This document shows positions 12,690-23,966 of a stretch of DNA of 64,000 nt, piece after piece. Position 1 is the stretch's first letter. The number at the start of each line of letters is the position of its first letter. The notes below the pieces were generated by a model. The model saw only the letters and a list, made by a program, of their open reading frames with translations. It ran no database searches and was not told where the DNA came from. The position numbers were made by a program, and so were the translations under genes. The stretch comes from Phallusia mammillata (lineage: Eukaryota), in contig OZ281495.1 in NCBI GenBank assembly GCA_965637545.1, positions 29,512,001-29,576,000 of the forward strand. The letters are read 5' to 3'.

Positions 12690-13119
12690 GGATACTTTAT
12701 TCCACCTACTAACAACTCGGATCGCATTACCTAACTTGTTGTTTTACGACTCTTTGACTCTGCTTTGTTAAATATAGTTACAGGAGAAACTTTCATCTGT
12801 ATGTGCTTGATATGCCATTGAGTCGAGTTCCTGCCATTAAACTAGAGTTTTTCAGTATTGTTTTACTCTTAGTATAAGAGGGATAGAAGATAAGAATAAG
12901 AGGTTGCAAGGTAGTTCCTCTTTTCATTTGTAGACTTTGTTGAAACAAGTGCGTACACAAGGCTGCCCGCAGTAGTTTATACAGGGTCAACAAACACAGC
13001 CAAAATAAATGCTGACTGCAACTGTTGTTGGAATTTACGTAAACTGCTAAAACAATAAACGATTTGTGTCGCTTGTCAACAGGTCCTAAGTGGTTGTTGC
13101 TGTTAGTAACATGATTTAA
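12690..13119 (+). promoter_or_regulatory. Conserved upstream/5'UTR region of NLR copy C (paralogous to 1328-2030 and 24380-24998)
   Basis: Conserved aacaactcggatcgcattacctaac...gttttacgactctttgactctgct block. A CAG splice acceptor 37-39 nt before the ATG is conserved in all four paralogs (13082, 24959, 1366, 8192). Confidence 0.65.
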
Positions 13120-15999
13120 ATGGATTCCAGACAAAACTTCACTTTTAACATTGCTGGACCGGTTGGCAATTTGGTGACCGGAGGAGAGCATACTTGGTCA
13201 AGCAGCAGTAAGACCGGTAAGTGATTTTTTGCTGATAAAAAATGCAACTTTCATTTATAACAAATATACATCAAACATTCAGTCCAGTCGTACAATCAAT
13301 GACCACACGAGACTCAAATTTGCCATTAAAGAGTTTCAGATTTGTTGTATGTATTATCGTTTACAGGCGATCACAAATGATTTATTTTTCTAACAGGAAA
13401 CGAAATCAAACTAACCTCGATTAAAAATGTCGCTCGAGCCACAGCTCATTTCGTGGAGACTGAGGTTTATGTGAAAGTGAAAAAACGTCAGCAGGACAAG
13501 AGGGTCTCAGTGCTGCACCTTTACGGGATGGCAGGTTCAGGAAAGTCCGAGATCGTGCTAAAGCTTGGAGAAAATTTTCCTTACAACCGGGAAAAGTTAT
13601 TCGTCAAATGGCATATTGAGTGTAGCGACAAGATGCACGACATTAAGAAGCAGTTAGCTAAGCTTATTGATTTGATGGTGGCATCTAACTTGTTGAATAG
13701 TTCTGATGGGTTAATCAAGTCTGCAACAACGAGTATGAAGCAAGGAAACTGCCAAGAGTTTGTAGATGTTTTGGCTTCGATCAATTGTCCTATTCTTATC
13801 ATCATTGAAGATCCATCTGATGATAAATTCTTAGAAGATTTTCTGAGGAGCATCGATGATATAAGTGGCAGTGAAAACATGATTCACGTCTACATTACAT
13901 CGAAAAACAAGGCTACCTGCATCCAAACAAAATCTGGTGCTTTCCACACTGAAAAGATTGAAGGGTTTACAGTGAACGAAGGACTTCACTTTCTTGGAGT
14001 TGATGAAACTTGGACAGAGAACGACCGAAGTGCTGCCAAACAAATTGTAGAAAAATTAAGTGGATTTCCATTGGGATTGTGTGCAGTTAAAATGGCAAAA
14101 AAGCCACTGAGCTTTTTAAAAATAGATCCTTATATGCTGCTGCAACAAGAGAAAACTAAATCCGGACAAAAGAAGCTTCTATATCAAACAATTTTAAGTC
14201 AACTAAACCCTGAACAAAATAATCAGAACGACAAAGAAGGACAAAATGAGCAAGATAAATGTCACTGGCAGGCAATATGCATGCTTTCTTTGGTGCACCA
14301 TGGAAACATCCCAAAGATCCTGGTTGAAAGAGTGATGCAGTCCATCAGAAAACAGGATGTGGAAACTATACTGGACGAAGAAGATATTCAAAAAGCCAAA
14401 ATGATCAACGAGACAGAAGCAAACGAATTCATAGGGAAGTTTAGTGACTGTGGATTTTGCAAGGAGGAAAATACAAATCAAAATGAGAAAAGAGTAACGT
14501 TTCACGCTGTTGTTTTCGGAGCAGTAAAATGGCACTTACACCAGCAAAAAGAGCTTCTCCAAACTACAACGAGATCTATGGTCACTTGTATAGCTGCCAT
14601 CGTACACAAGGATTTAAGGCTTACCAAAAACCACAAATTCATGATTGATATGATACCTCATTTGAAAGCACTACTCGATACTGAAGCAGTGTCCAAAAAA
14701 GGAGGTATACATATCGTTCAATTTTGCTATGCCCATCTCCATGAAGTTTTGGGATCAGCTCTTGGAAAACAAACCAGTCAAGCAATCGAAGCAGAGAAGC
14801 ATCTTGAGCTTTCCTTGCGCACTTGGTTCAAAATTATGAAAAGATTGAAGGGAGATGATATCCTTTACAATCCTGTGACAACTTTCCTAAGAGATGGAAT
14901 ACAAGAGAAGGCGAAATTGATTGTTGAACATTGCGCAGAAGCTGGAAGGATACTGATGTCTACCGATTTTGATATTGAAAGATACATCTCCATTGTTTTG
15001 CAACCTAGAGCAGATGAAGTTGGTTTTTATGGGCAGAAATCGAACGAGGAGGTCAAAAGCTACCTCAAAGCAATTTTAGAGGCCATTCAGCCTCTTAATC
15101 CTGCCAAGCTCAGAAAGTTTAGGGATCTGAATGTTCCGCTTTTCATGGAAAAGACAAAGTTGTTTGAAACTTTGATCGCTGAGCGCATTGCATCTGTCTT
15201 GCACACCATGAGTCTACTGATCAAAAGTTATCGTGGAAATATCACTCCAACTATTGGTCAAAAATCAAAAGACTACGCGACTTTGGCGGTGGCGATTTCA
15301 GAGGAAGTTTACACACGGTTCAAAGTAGCTCCACTTTTCTTAGTTCTATCTGCTCGTGGCTCTGTACGAGTGAAGTTAACGGCACTAAAACTGATTCCGA
15401 GCAGCCAGAAACGAGAGGTGGTTTTGGAAATAAAAAGGTTTATCGAGGAAAATCAGATGGAAGACAGAATCCAGCAAATGTCTTTCTATGAGCATGGAAT
15501 TTGCAAACAAATCAGCACCCAAGAGTTTGACTACTTGAGGCATCAACGTGAGTTGACCCGTATCAACACAAAACTGATTGCTCTTGGCCCAAACGAGGAC
15601 TTCAATCTCGCAGAAGCAGACCGACAGTGCCGGTCTTTGTACGAGAAAGCTATTCGTCGAAAGCAGTGGAAAATCTCCATCAGATGCATCGTGTACTGCG
15701 GCAAGTACTGGGCCTCTCGGGGTGAGTTTGCCAAAGCTGCAGAGCACTTCGAAGTGGCATTGGAATGCAAGGGTATCCATAGTACAGCTGAGGCTGCAAT
15801 GGCGTTTCCGTGGGCGTGTTACAACCACGCAAGGGCAGTACTGTGTCACAAAATAACGGATCGTGCAACAAAAAGCAAAGCTCTTTGCGAACAAGCTTTG
15901 AAAATGCAAGAGTATATTTCAAACGATCTTCAAAAACATCTTGAAGATTCGCTTGAGGACTTAAATCAAATGATTAGTCCAACCAAACCCACTGTTTGA
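13120..15999 (+). CDS. NLR-like NB-ARC-TPR protein, copy C (899 aa)
   Basis: Exon 1 13120-13216 (MDSRQNFTFNIAGPVGNLVTGGEHTWSSSSKT, donor G|GTAAGT) joins exon 2 13397-15999 (ttttctaacag|GA) in phase 1. Same NB-ARC motifs (GMAGSGKS, LIIIEDP, YITSK, GFPLGL, TFHAVV) and TPR-like C-terminus. Confidence 0.9.
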
Positions 16000-17430
16000 G
16001 TGATAAAATTTGTAATCTCGTTAGCTTGCAGATGACCTGTGCAAAAACAATTTGTGTTTCAAGCAATGACCGTAGCCAGTATTTTGCCTTAAGCCAGTGA
16101 AATTAATATTGTTTGTTTAAAGTCATAGTGTGCGTTCAGCCGTTTCGTTTAAGTGCATAGATCATAGTATATTGTGTGTTTTTTAGAGATGATGGTACTT
16201 CGTTTTGTCGTGATTTGTGCGTTTAAACTCTTTGTTTTACGTATACTGCGATCGGTAAAGTGCATGGTACTTTCTCCTGCTTTGTTTGTGTATCTACCTA
16301 ACTTGCTGTTAATGATTTGCCATTTGTTTGCGGTTTAGCTGTCATAATCTGCTTATGTGCTCGACCACTCAAACTTGCAACAACCAGCAAACAGACTGAA
16401 GAAATATATTACTGTCGCATTTTTCTTTATTTTTGTATGTTAATGTTCGTATGGATGTGTTCAGCTACAAAAGTTTTGCAATCGCTTGAAAACTTTCATG
16501 TCATGTCACGCAAGTTGATGTGAACATTAATTTGAGCGTAACCATTCCTAAAGGCTGGTTAAAGAAACAAAGGCAAAACGAATCCAAATAATATCACAGT
16601 ATTCTTTTTCTTCATTTTTTTTCCATTTAACTTAACTGTGCCGAATCCCGAGGTTTCTTAAAGTAACATGTTTCATCGTTTTTAAAATACTATTTACGCA
16701 TGACGACAGTCACGCTGTGTATATAGGGCTGTCCGATCAATGATTGACAAGGCCTTTTGGATAGTAAAAACACCTAAATACCTTTCAATTGCTTACAGAC
16801 ATGTTTTGTGTTGTGCTTGTGCTACGTCGCTTGTCTTTCTTCGGCAATTAATTTAACTGGCATTTCCGCAAACAAGCGCTTGCGCAAAAATACAACTTTG
16901 CGCTTGAATCTTGAAAAACGTTAACAGTATTTTGTTATTATTGCCGCGTCTAATAAAAGGTTCGGAATTTTAGTGGAGCTAAAGATAAAGAGTAATGGTT
17001 TGGGCAGTGGTCACAAAGAAGTGATCAGGTTAATGATATGCCAGCATGTGGACAGATTCAACGTTACAACCAAAACACAACAACTAGGTGCATGGCTATG
17101 GGATTGCTTAAAGTGACATAAACATAGTCGGCTTGGAGTTAGCCACTGAGACCAAAATGGCTAGTTGCGTATGCCAGGTTGTAACAATCCGGATAGAAAC
17201 AGGTCATGGCTTCAACTCGCTATGCCTTATTGCACAGTTTAACCGGTTTACTTGCAGCCAAACAATTTCCATTGAGGTCTTTGATTTAAAACAAAGATAA
17301 CATTAGTCATTTGTGGCGGAAACAACCTAATCTAATAATTTCAGTTCCGTGTTTATATTTTCTTCAAACTACACTACAGCTTCTAAACTGCCTCCTTTAA
17401 AACTTTCTTAACAAACATAATCTGATGTAA
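16000..17430 (+). repeat. Duplicated 3' flank of NLR copy C (paralogous to ~27920-29560 after copy D)
   Basis: Long colinear matches, e.g. tagtatattgtgtgtttttagagatgatggtacttcgttttg, gcgtctaataaaaggttc, taaagataaagagtaatggtttggg. The duplication resumes after the CACTA insertion (22951-23280 matches ~30800-31120). Confidence 0.9.
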
Positions 17431-19391
17431 CGAAACAGCGACTTAATTTTACTACAAGCCCTATAAAGTAGGCTACGCTGGCGCAAGTGAATCAGATAAC
17501 ATAACTGTACTAGACTTTGATATAACTGTACTAGACAGTCAAAGAAGTTTTACAATAGTAGTAGTAATGGCCACGTTATTGTTTCACAGACTTCAAACCA
17601 ATGGCTTGCGTATACGCTAGAAAAGTCGGTGTGTTGTAACAACACGCCAATTTTGAAGCCGTATACAACACACGACACACCAAGCCGTGTTGTTAGGTGG
17701 TGTGTTGTTTGGAGGTGTGTTGTTCAACGACACGCCTGCCGTGTTGTTTGAAGCTGCAGTTTTGCGACACACCTGGTGTGTTGTTTGAACACACTCTTAC
17801 AACACGCGTGTTGCGTGTTGTTTAGAGCTATAAAGCATGACACACCAAATACCGTTTTGTATTTTATTGTAAACAGTACCGTAAACCAACGAAATAGCGC
17901 ATTTATCGAAGAAACAGAACATAACGTTTAACAGAACAAACGAAACAAAGTTATGGCATGAATGTAACGGTGGGGGAAAAACACAGGTAAAAAATACACA
18001 CAAAACAAAAGTTCAACTGCATGTCAGATGCTATATAATTGTAATGTACTCAACAAGGCATATGTCATATGCATAGTCATGGCATGTTCAATATCACTAC
18101 AATAAAAATAACAAGTATTACAATAAAAAATCGAAACCAAAAGAAAACCTGTTCATTTCATTTTTATTGACAACAACACTTGGATAACCAGGTGATGTTG
18201 CAAACTGGTCCTGTAAAGTAAATAACCAGTTATTAAACAAGGTTTTACTGCCAGTTAATGTGATTTTAATAGTTAAGGTTACCATGAAATCAAAGTTTGT
18301 TGGAGTTACTAATGGATCTAATCAAAATACCTGTGTTTCAAAGATGACAACATTTCTTTTTTTGTAGCAATTTCCTTTCACAAACGAGCAGCAGCATATG
18401 ATTATCAGTTACGTTTACCATCTGCAAAACAGTATACACCATATATATTCAAAATATGCTGGAGAAAGAGGCCGATTACTTAAAAGGCAATTAAACTCAC
18501 ACCAAATGTCCCTTAAGATTTCTGGTAGCAAGTGATATTGAGTGTCCCTTAATGTTGATTGTCTAAAAACAAGTAATGTATATAAAGCAATGTATAAGTA
18601 ATGTATCCATCAACAAGAGTTCTTGTATATGATAATACACTATGATAATATGCTATTGCATAATGAAAAAAAGATGTATTTTCTCAAATGTAACTACCTC
18701 ATACATGTTTACTTGTTTGCAACGCAGCCATAAAGATTTGGTTTAATGCCTACCACATGCTGCCTTTGTAACAGAATTAATTCCATCAAAGAATTCCCTT
18801 GGTTGTTCAATAATCCATGTTATGCACAGTAAGGCCAGATGCATCATTAGGTTTTGTACAGGACTCTGCAACAAATTATACACTTGAAATACGTAATCAT
18901 TAAGCAGACAGTTCTGTTATAAAGGAATTGATATTGTGGAAAGTTAAATTCTTTACCACTTTCAAGCACTTACCAACAGAACTGTAATAATTTGGCAAAA
19001 AATGCAAATAGAGGTCACTTGAATGCATGTTTTGTATGTGTTCTACTTGATAGAGATACCAAGTTGTTAAGAAAACCACTTCACTCAGTCATTTGGTAAC
19101 AGGCTAGCCTAATACAAAAAACAAGCCATTACAACATGCACAAACATATGTTTTATACATGCACAAATTACAAATGTATGTAAAATTGTAAATATACCAA
19201 CCTTTCATGAGATTTGCACCACCATCCTGTTCACATTGTCCAAAAGTCTTGAATACATTAAAACTTGTCAATTAATACTCAATTAACTCCTATTAGCCTT
19301 GATATTAAGTCTCTTAACAATTTACTTACTTTAAGTCAATCAAGTAAAAAAAGAACTTTGCAGCCGTTTCGTCAACAGGGGTTGTAACCAA

Positions 19392-19530
19392 AAATTGCCA
19401 CTTGCCACTTGCCACCGGTTCAGTGGCAATTGCCACCGGTTCAGTGGCAATTGCCACCGATTCAGTGGCAAGTGTTTCGGTTGTCACCGGTTTCGGTGGC
19501 AAGTCGGTTTGGTTTTGGTGACAAGTGCAA
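19392..19530. repeat. Left subterminal TTGCCAC/GTGGCAA array of the hAT element
   Basis: ttgccacttgccacttgccaccggttcagtggcaattgccaccggttcagtggcaa... Confidence 0.85.
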
Positions 19531-22074
19531 AGTAAATCAATTGATACAAATTGTTCCCGATCGTTGACAAGCTATTAAGTCGCAAGTTGCTGTGGAGTGT
19601 GGTGTCTTTACCAGGAGCACATGAGATATGGCTTGAAGGAGATATTCTAAGAAGTGGTGTACACAAATGGCATTATTTTATTGGGTATAACGCTAAATTT
19701 TTTGGATATAGTTATCATAATTTGTGTGTACTGTGATATGTAAACTTTAAGATCAAACTTATTTTTTATGTTTTTTTGCAATTTTGCTCCTTGTAAACAT
19801 TATTATTTTTCTTTGTCAATGTGGCTTTTGCAGTATGGATTATAATAAATAAATACAAAATACTTGAATACATTTCGTGAACATTTAGGCAAATTCCTAG
19901 GTCAGTGGTTCTTAACCTTTCATGCACTGTACCCCCACCCCCACTTTTGGGCCTCATGGGACCCATAAGTGGTAACCCAGTAAGACTCGTGCCCCCCTAG
20001 CAAAAATGTATTTGACAAACTTAACTAAATTAAAAAGACCATAAACCACAAAATAGTCGATTAAATTAGGTTATTTAATCATTTGCAACATATAATTAAT
20101 TATAAGCTTTAAAATAGAAAAGGGCTCACTGACTTTTAGTGGGTGGTTACAGCAAGCGTACACCCATGACTGCCCTAAATACAGCTCCTGGGCCCTGGTT
20201 GGAATCCCCTGTCCTAGGCAGATGCACTACAAGCATAAATAAATCATTAATCTTGTTTATTGATGAACTTGCATGAACAAAGAAAATGGGTGCAAATAGG
20301 GCATTTATACTTTTGCTGTTGCTCAAGGAGGTGAACAAAATCGTAAGCACATCTAACAAAACAGCAGTAAGAAAAAACATTATGGTTAACGTCTGTGTCA
20401 CCTTACTGCAAAAACATAATTAAGAGGAAATATAAAGTCCATCTAGTAATTGTCAAATAACATATCATAATGCAGTAACAAACAAAAAGCTTGACAATGC
20501 ACATAGGCTTGTGTGTGTGCCAGAGGAGGAGAGTGCTTGCTCGACACTTAACTACAAATTTATTACCTATAAACATTTTTCATTAAAGTATCACATGCTA
20601 ACACATGATGAGTTGGTAATAGATCACAGAACAACTAAACATCCACGTAAGAAAATATGCTTGGGCGATCGCCAAAAGGACCATTAAAATCCAACATGGA
20701 AAGAGTAGTGATGGCACAATAGCTAACCATTCAAGTGTAATGAATAAATGTTGGATAGGGTAAAATTCCATAATAATTCACAAAACTATTATCAATCAAT
20801 ACAATATGCTAAAACAATGAAATATATGTAATGCTTGCATTCCATGGACCAGGTTATGTTCAGTTGCAGGTCAACAATATTGTGATGCAAATCAAATGTC
20901 CTTAAATCTTATACTAAAATATGCTTCGTAGAGAATCACACATCAATTCTGAAATGATAAATAGAGCCAGCAATTATACAACAGATACAGAGCAATGTAA
21001 GTTTCCTTTGTACTAGAACAAAATTTAAGTCTAAGCAAGATAAAAGTCAAAAATTGTCACTAATTAATTGTTGCTTTTACTCTGAGTCTGATTTAGAATG
21101 CAACATCATGGTTTCAATTGACAGCCATGGCGAGTAGACACCACGGCTTTAAGTAGCTGCCATGGCCAGTGGGCATCATGGCTTTAAGTAGCAACCTTGG
21201 CCAGAAACATATATGGCGAGAATAAGTTCTGCATCAAGTATTTAAATACCAGGTACAGCAACCTTGATATAAATGTCATAAAAGAACAGCTTATTGTGCA
21301 TCAACATAGGGCAAAACGGTCCTTGCAACCAAGCAACTGCTAAGGGATTCCTTCACACCCACCACAAGGGATTGTGTGCTAATCAGAGGCAGAGCCAACT
21401 TTTTCAGCATGGGGTTATCTTTTCAACATGGCCTAACGATTAAAGTGTCTTAACTCTAAAAAGACAACTCTCCACTTCGTTGATGGGTATCAAGACAACT
21501 ACATGTGATAAATATGTAATTAGTCCCAAACAAAAAGTTGGAATTGACAGTGTTCACAGTACTTGACTCCCTATAACATTAGCAATTGGAAAAAAAGTAA
21601 CATAACATGTTTGGCATAGCTTGCTAAAAAAATTACATTTCACCAACTTACATGTTGCTGTCTCAATGAACATAATCGTCTGAGTGTTTGTCTATTTCCA
21701 CTTTTGCATGTATTTTCATGCTCCTGTGAGACTTTATGTCAGAGAGTTTTTGTATGGTTAAAATCAAATGTTTATGAGATTACTTTTCCATGTTTGAAAG
21801 CAAGGTTAAGTCCTTTTACAGATTGAATTAATCTCATTTTCTTAATCTCATTTTCAACTGTCAGCTAAGTCAGGCTCACAATTGTTATGAATTAAGTAGA
21901 AATTTCAGCCATTGAAATTTGTAGACTTGTTGTTTTCAACGATTTCAATCTGACCAATTCACAATGGCGGGATTATTCCATGAACACATGCAAATTCGTT
22001 GCAAACTAACGACGATGTTAAGTTCAGTAAAAAGGTGTTCGTTTAACTGTTCGTTCGGTAATAAGCGAACTTTT

Positions 22075-22645
22075 CATTCAGTGGCTACCGAACCTTCAGT
22101 GGCAACCAAACCTTCAGTGGCAACCGAACCTTCAGTGGCAAGTCTCATCCGATCGGAACGTTCAGTGGCAAGTCTCATCCGATCTGAACGTTCAGTGGCA
22201 AGTCTCTTTGAGTTTGAACACGTCCAGTCATAGAAACCAAATACATTTGACAGACGCAATCATCTACATTATATATACTCATCAAAAAAATTAGCATGCA
22301 GAATTTTTCTTTTTCACCTCACCAAAACTCAATCTGAGAGTTTTATTCGCATTATAATCGTCCACGAATGGATATTTGCTTGTCTCGGCATCGAGGTTTA
22401 CATCTCTTGCCGTTGAGACATTTAACACATTTACTTGCCCCTTGCCAACCAGACTTGTCTACAAAACTTGCCACTTGCCAACAATACTTGCCACTTGCCA
22501 ACAACGCTTGCCACTTGCCAACAACGCTTGCCACTTGCCAACAAGACTTGCCACTTGCCAACACCGCTTGCCACTTGCCACAAAAATTTCTTGCTTGCCA
22601 CCGGATTGAGTGGCAACCGTGGCAAGTGGCAAGTGGCAATTTTTG
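22075..22645. repeat. Right subterminal arrays of the hAT element (ttcagtggcaa units of 18 and 30 bp; ttgccacttgccaacaa units)
   Basis: Two visible tandem blocks, ~22075-22205 and ~22430-22645, built on the same TTGCCAC core. Confidence 0.85.
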
Positions 22646-23485
22646 GTTACGACCCTCACTCCGTTTCGTGCGTTCCCGCCGTTACGGTTGAGTGATTTCA
22701 AAGTCAAAAGGAAAGAAGGAAAGCAACAAAACAACACTACGGCGTGTTGTTCTGTGTTTCTGGACTTGAAACGGATCATCTTGACCTTGAATCGACACAC
22801 CTGGCGTGTTGTTCGTCCTGTGCGGCGTGTCGTTAAGCGAATACACATCGATTATCGCGGTAACAACACACCTGCCGTGTTCTTGGAACACACCGTTAGT
22901 GTGGTTGAAACACACCGGCGTGTTGAAACAACACACTGTTTTTTGTAGTGAATAAGGGCCAAAGGTTGCGCATCAATGTTATAACAGACTTGATTATGCC
23001 TCGGTTTTTAAGGACCAAAACGTGAACACAACAACGACAAATTCGCTTTGACAAGAGACAACATTGCACGCAGTAATAACAGAACCTAAAATTTCCCATT
23101 AGGGTAAGCAATTCGGCTGATAAGGACATATCAGGCCATTTTTCTGTTGAGGGTTTTGTTCAGTTGATGTACAGATACGGACATACGAGCGAAAACAAAA
23201 ATCTCTCTACGTCATTTAGAAGTTTCGCTGGGAAGCAAGTTTTGCGTGAAAGCCAAGAAACTTTGTCCTGAGTGACGGTCATAATTATTCAGTACTTCTA
23301 ACGATTCTTACATGTTGGTGAAAATATAAACGGACAATACGCTACGCTGTACAGTGTATATAGATAAATAAGCAAATCTGTCCATGTCATATCGGTTTCC
23401 GTTCGCATACACACGAAGTTTTCTACATCAGCCATTTTCAAAATGCATTTTAAATTTATCTGGTGCATTGTAACATTGTGTACAG

Positions 23486-23966
23486 CAGGGGTGTCAAACA
23501 CGCGGCCCGCGGGCGGCATACGGCCCTTCAAGATTTTTTGTGCGGCCCACGAAGTAACTTTTAGAAGTTACATATTTGACTCAGGCGGAATACCCTGTCA
23601 GACCAGTGAGCTTACATGATACAATCATTCTCTATTTGTGCTATATGCAAGTTTTAATAAGATGAACAAAATAGCCCATGTTTGGAATCAGTAATTGTGA
23701 TTGCTGCGTCATTGTATGCCATTGTTTTCACAAAAAGCAATAAAGCACAGTTGGTTCTTCCACACTATTACACTGCATATTTGTTTGGTATCTATCGCAA
23801 TGTTGTTTTTAAATGTAGTTAATGGCATTAATGAACATTTTACTTTTTAATCATGCATTTTTATTGTTGTCATGTTACACTGTAACAAGTGTTTCGATAG
23901 TGCACCCCTCGACTTACTTAAAACTTAGTTTTTGGCCCTCAAAGTTGTTTGAGTTTAACACCCCTG
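23486..23966. mobile_element. hAT MITE
   Basis: TIR CAGGGGTGTCAAAC / GTTTAACACCCCTG; perfect 8-bp TSD GTGTACAG. Confidence 0.9.

Larger units (their letters stand above)
19373..22661. mobile_element. Degenerate hAT-family element nested inside the CACTA element
   Basis: Perfect 8-bp TSD CGTTTCGT (19365-19372 and 22662-22669). ~40-bp imperfect TIRs (...ggggttgtaaccaaaaattgccacttgccacttgccac). TTGCCAC subterminal arrays. A weak hATC-dimerisation-like remnant on the - strand at ~21422-21320 (NPMLKKLALPLISTQSLVVGVKESLSS). Confidence 0.75.
17615..22950. mobile_element. CACTA/EnSpm-like DNA transposon (5.3 kb, apparently non-autonomous)
   Basis: Left end CGCTAGAAAAGTCGGTGTGTTGTAACAACACGCC versus reverse complement of right end CACTACAAAAAACAGTGTGTTGTTTCAACACGCC. 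Both ends have dense subterminal gtgttgtt/aacacacc repeats. The empty site is present in the paralogous D flank (~30790-30820), about 3 bp shorter, consistent with an imperfect 3-bp TSD. Confidence 0.8.

Noticed and set aside
22075-22205. Constant ttcagtggcaa units with short variable spacers, CRISPR-like in appearance
   Set aside because: The spacers are themselves repeated, the units are too short, there are no cas genes, the context is eukaryotic, and the array is a subterminal repeat of a TSD-flanked hAT element.
21964-22948. Multiple ORFs (LATCQQ/WQVAS/SVATEP repeats)
   Set aside because: Translation artefacts of TTGCCAC and gtgttgtt repeat arrays.
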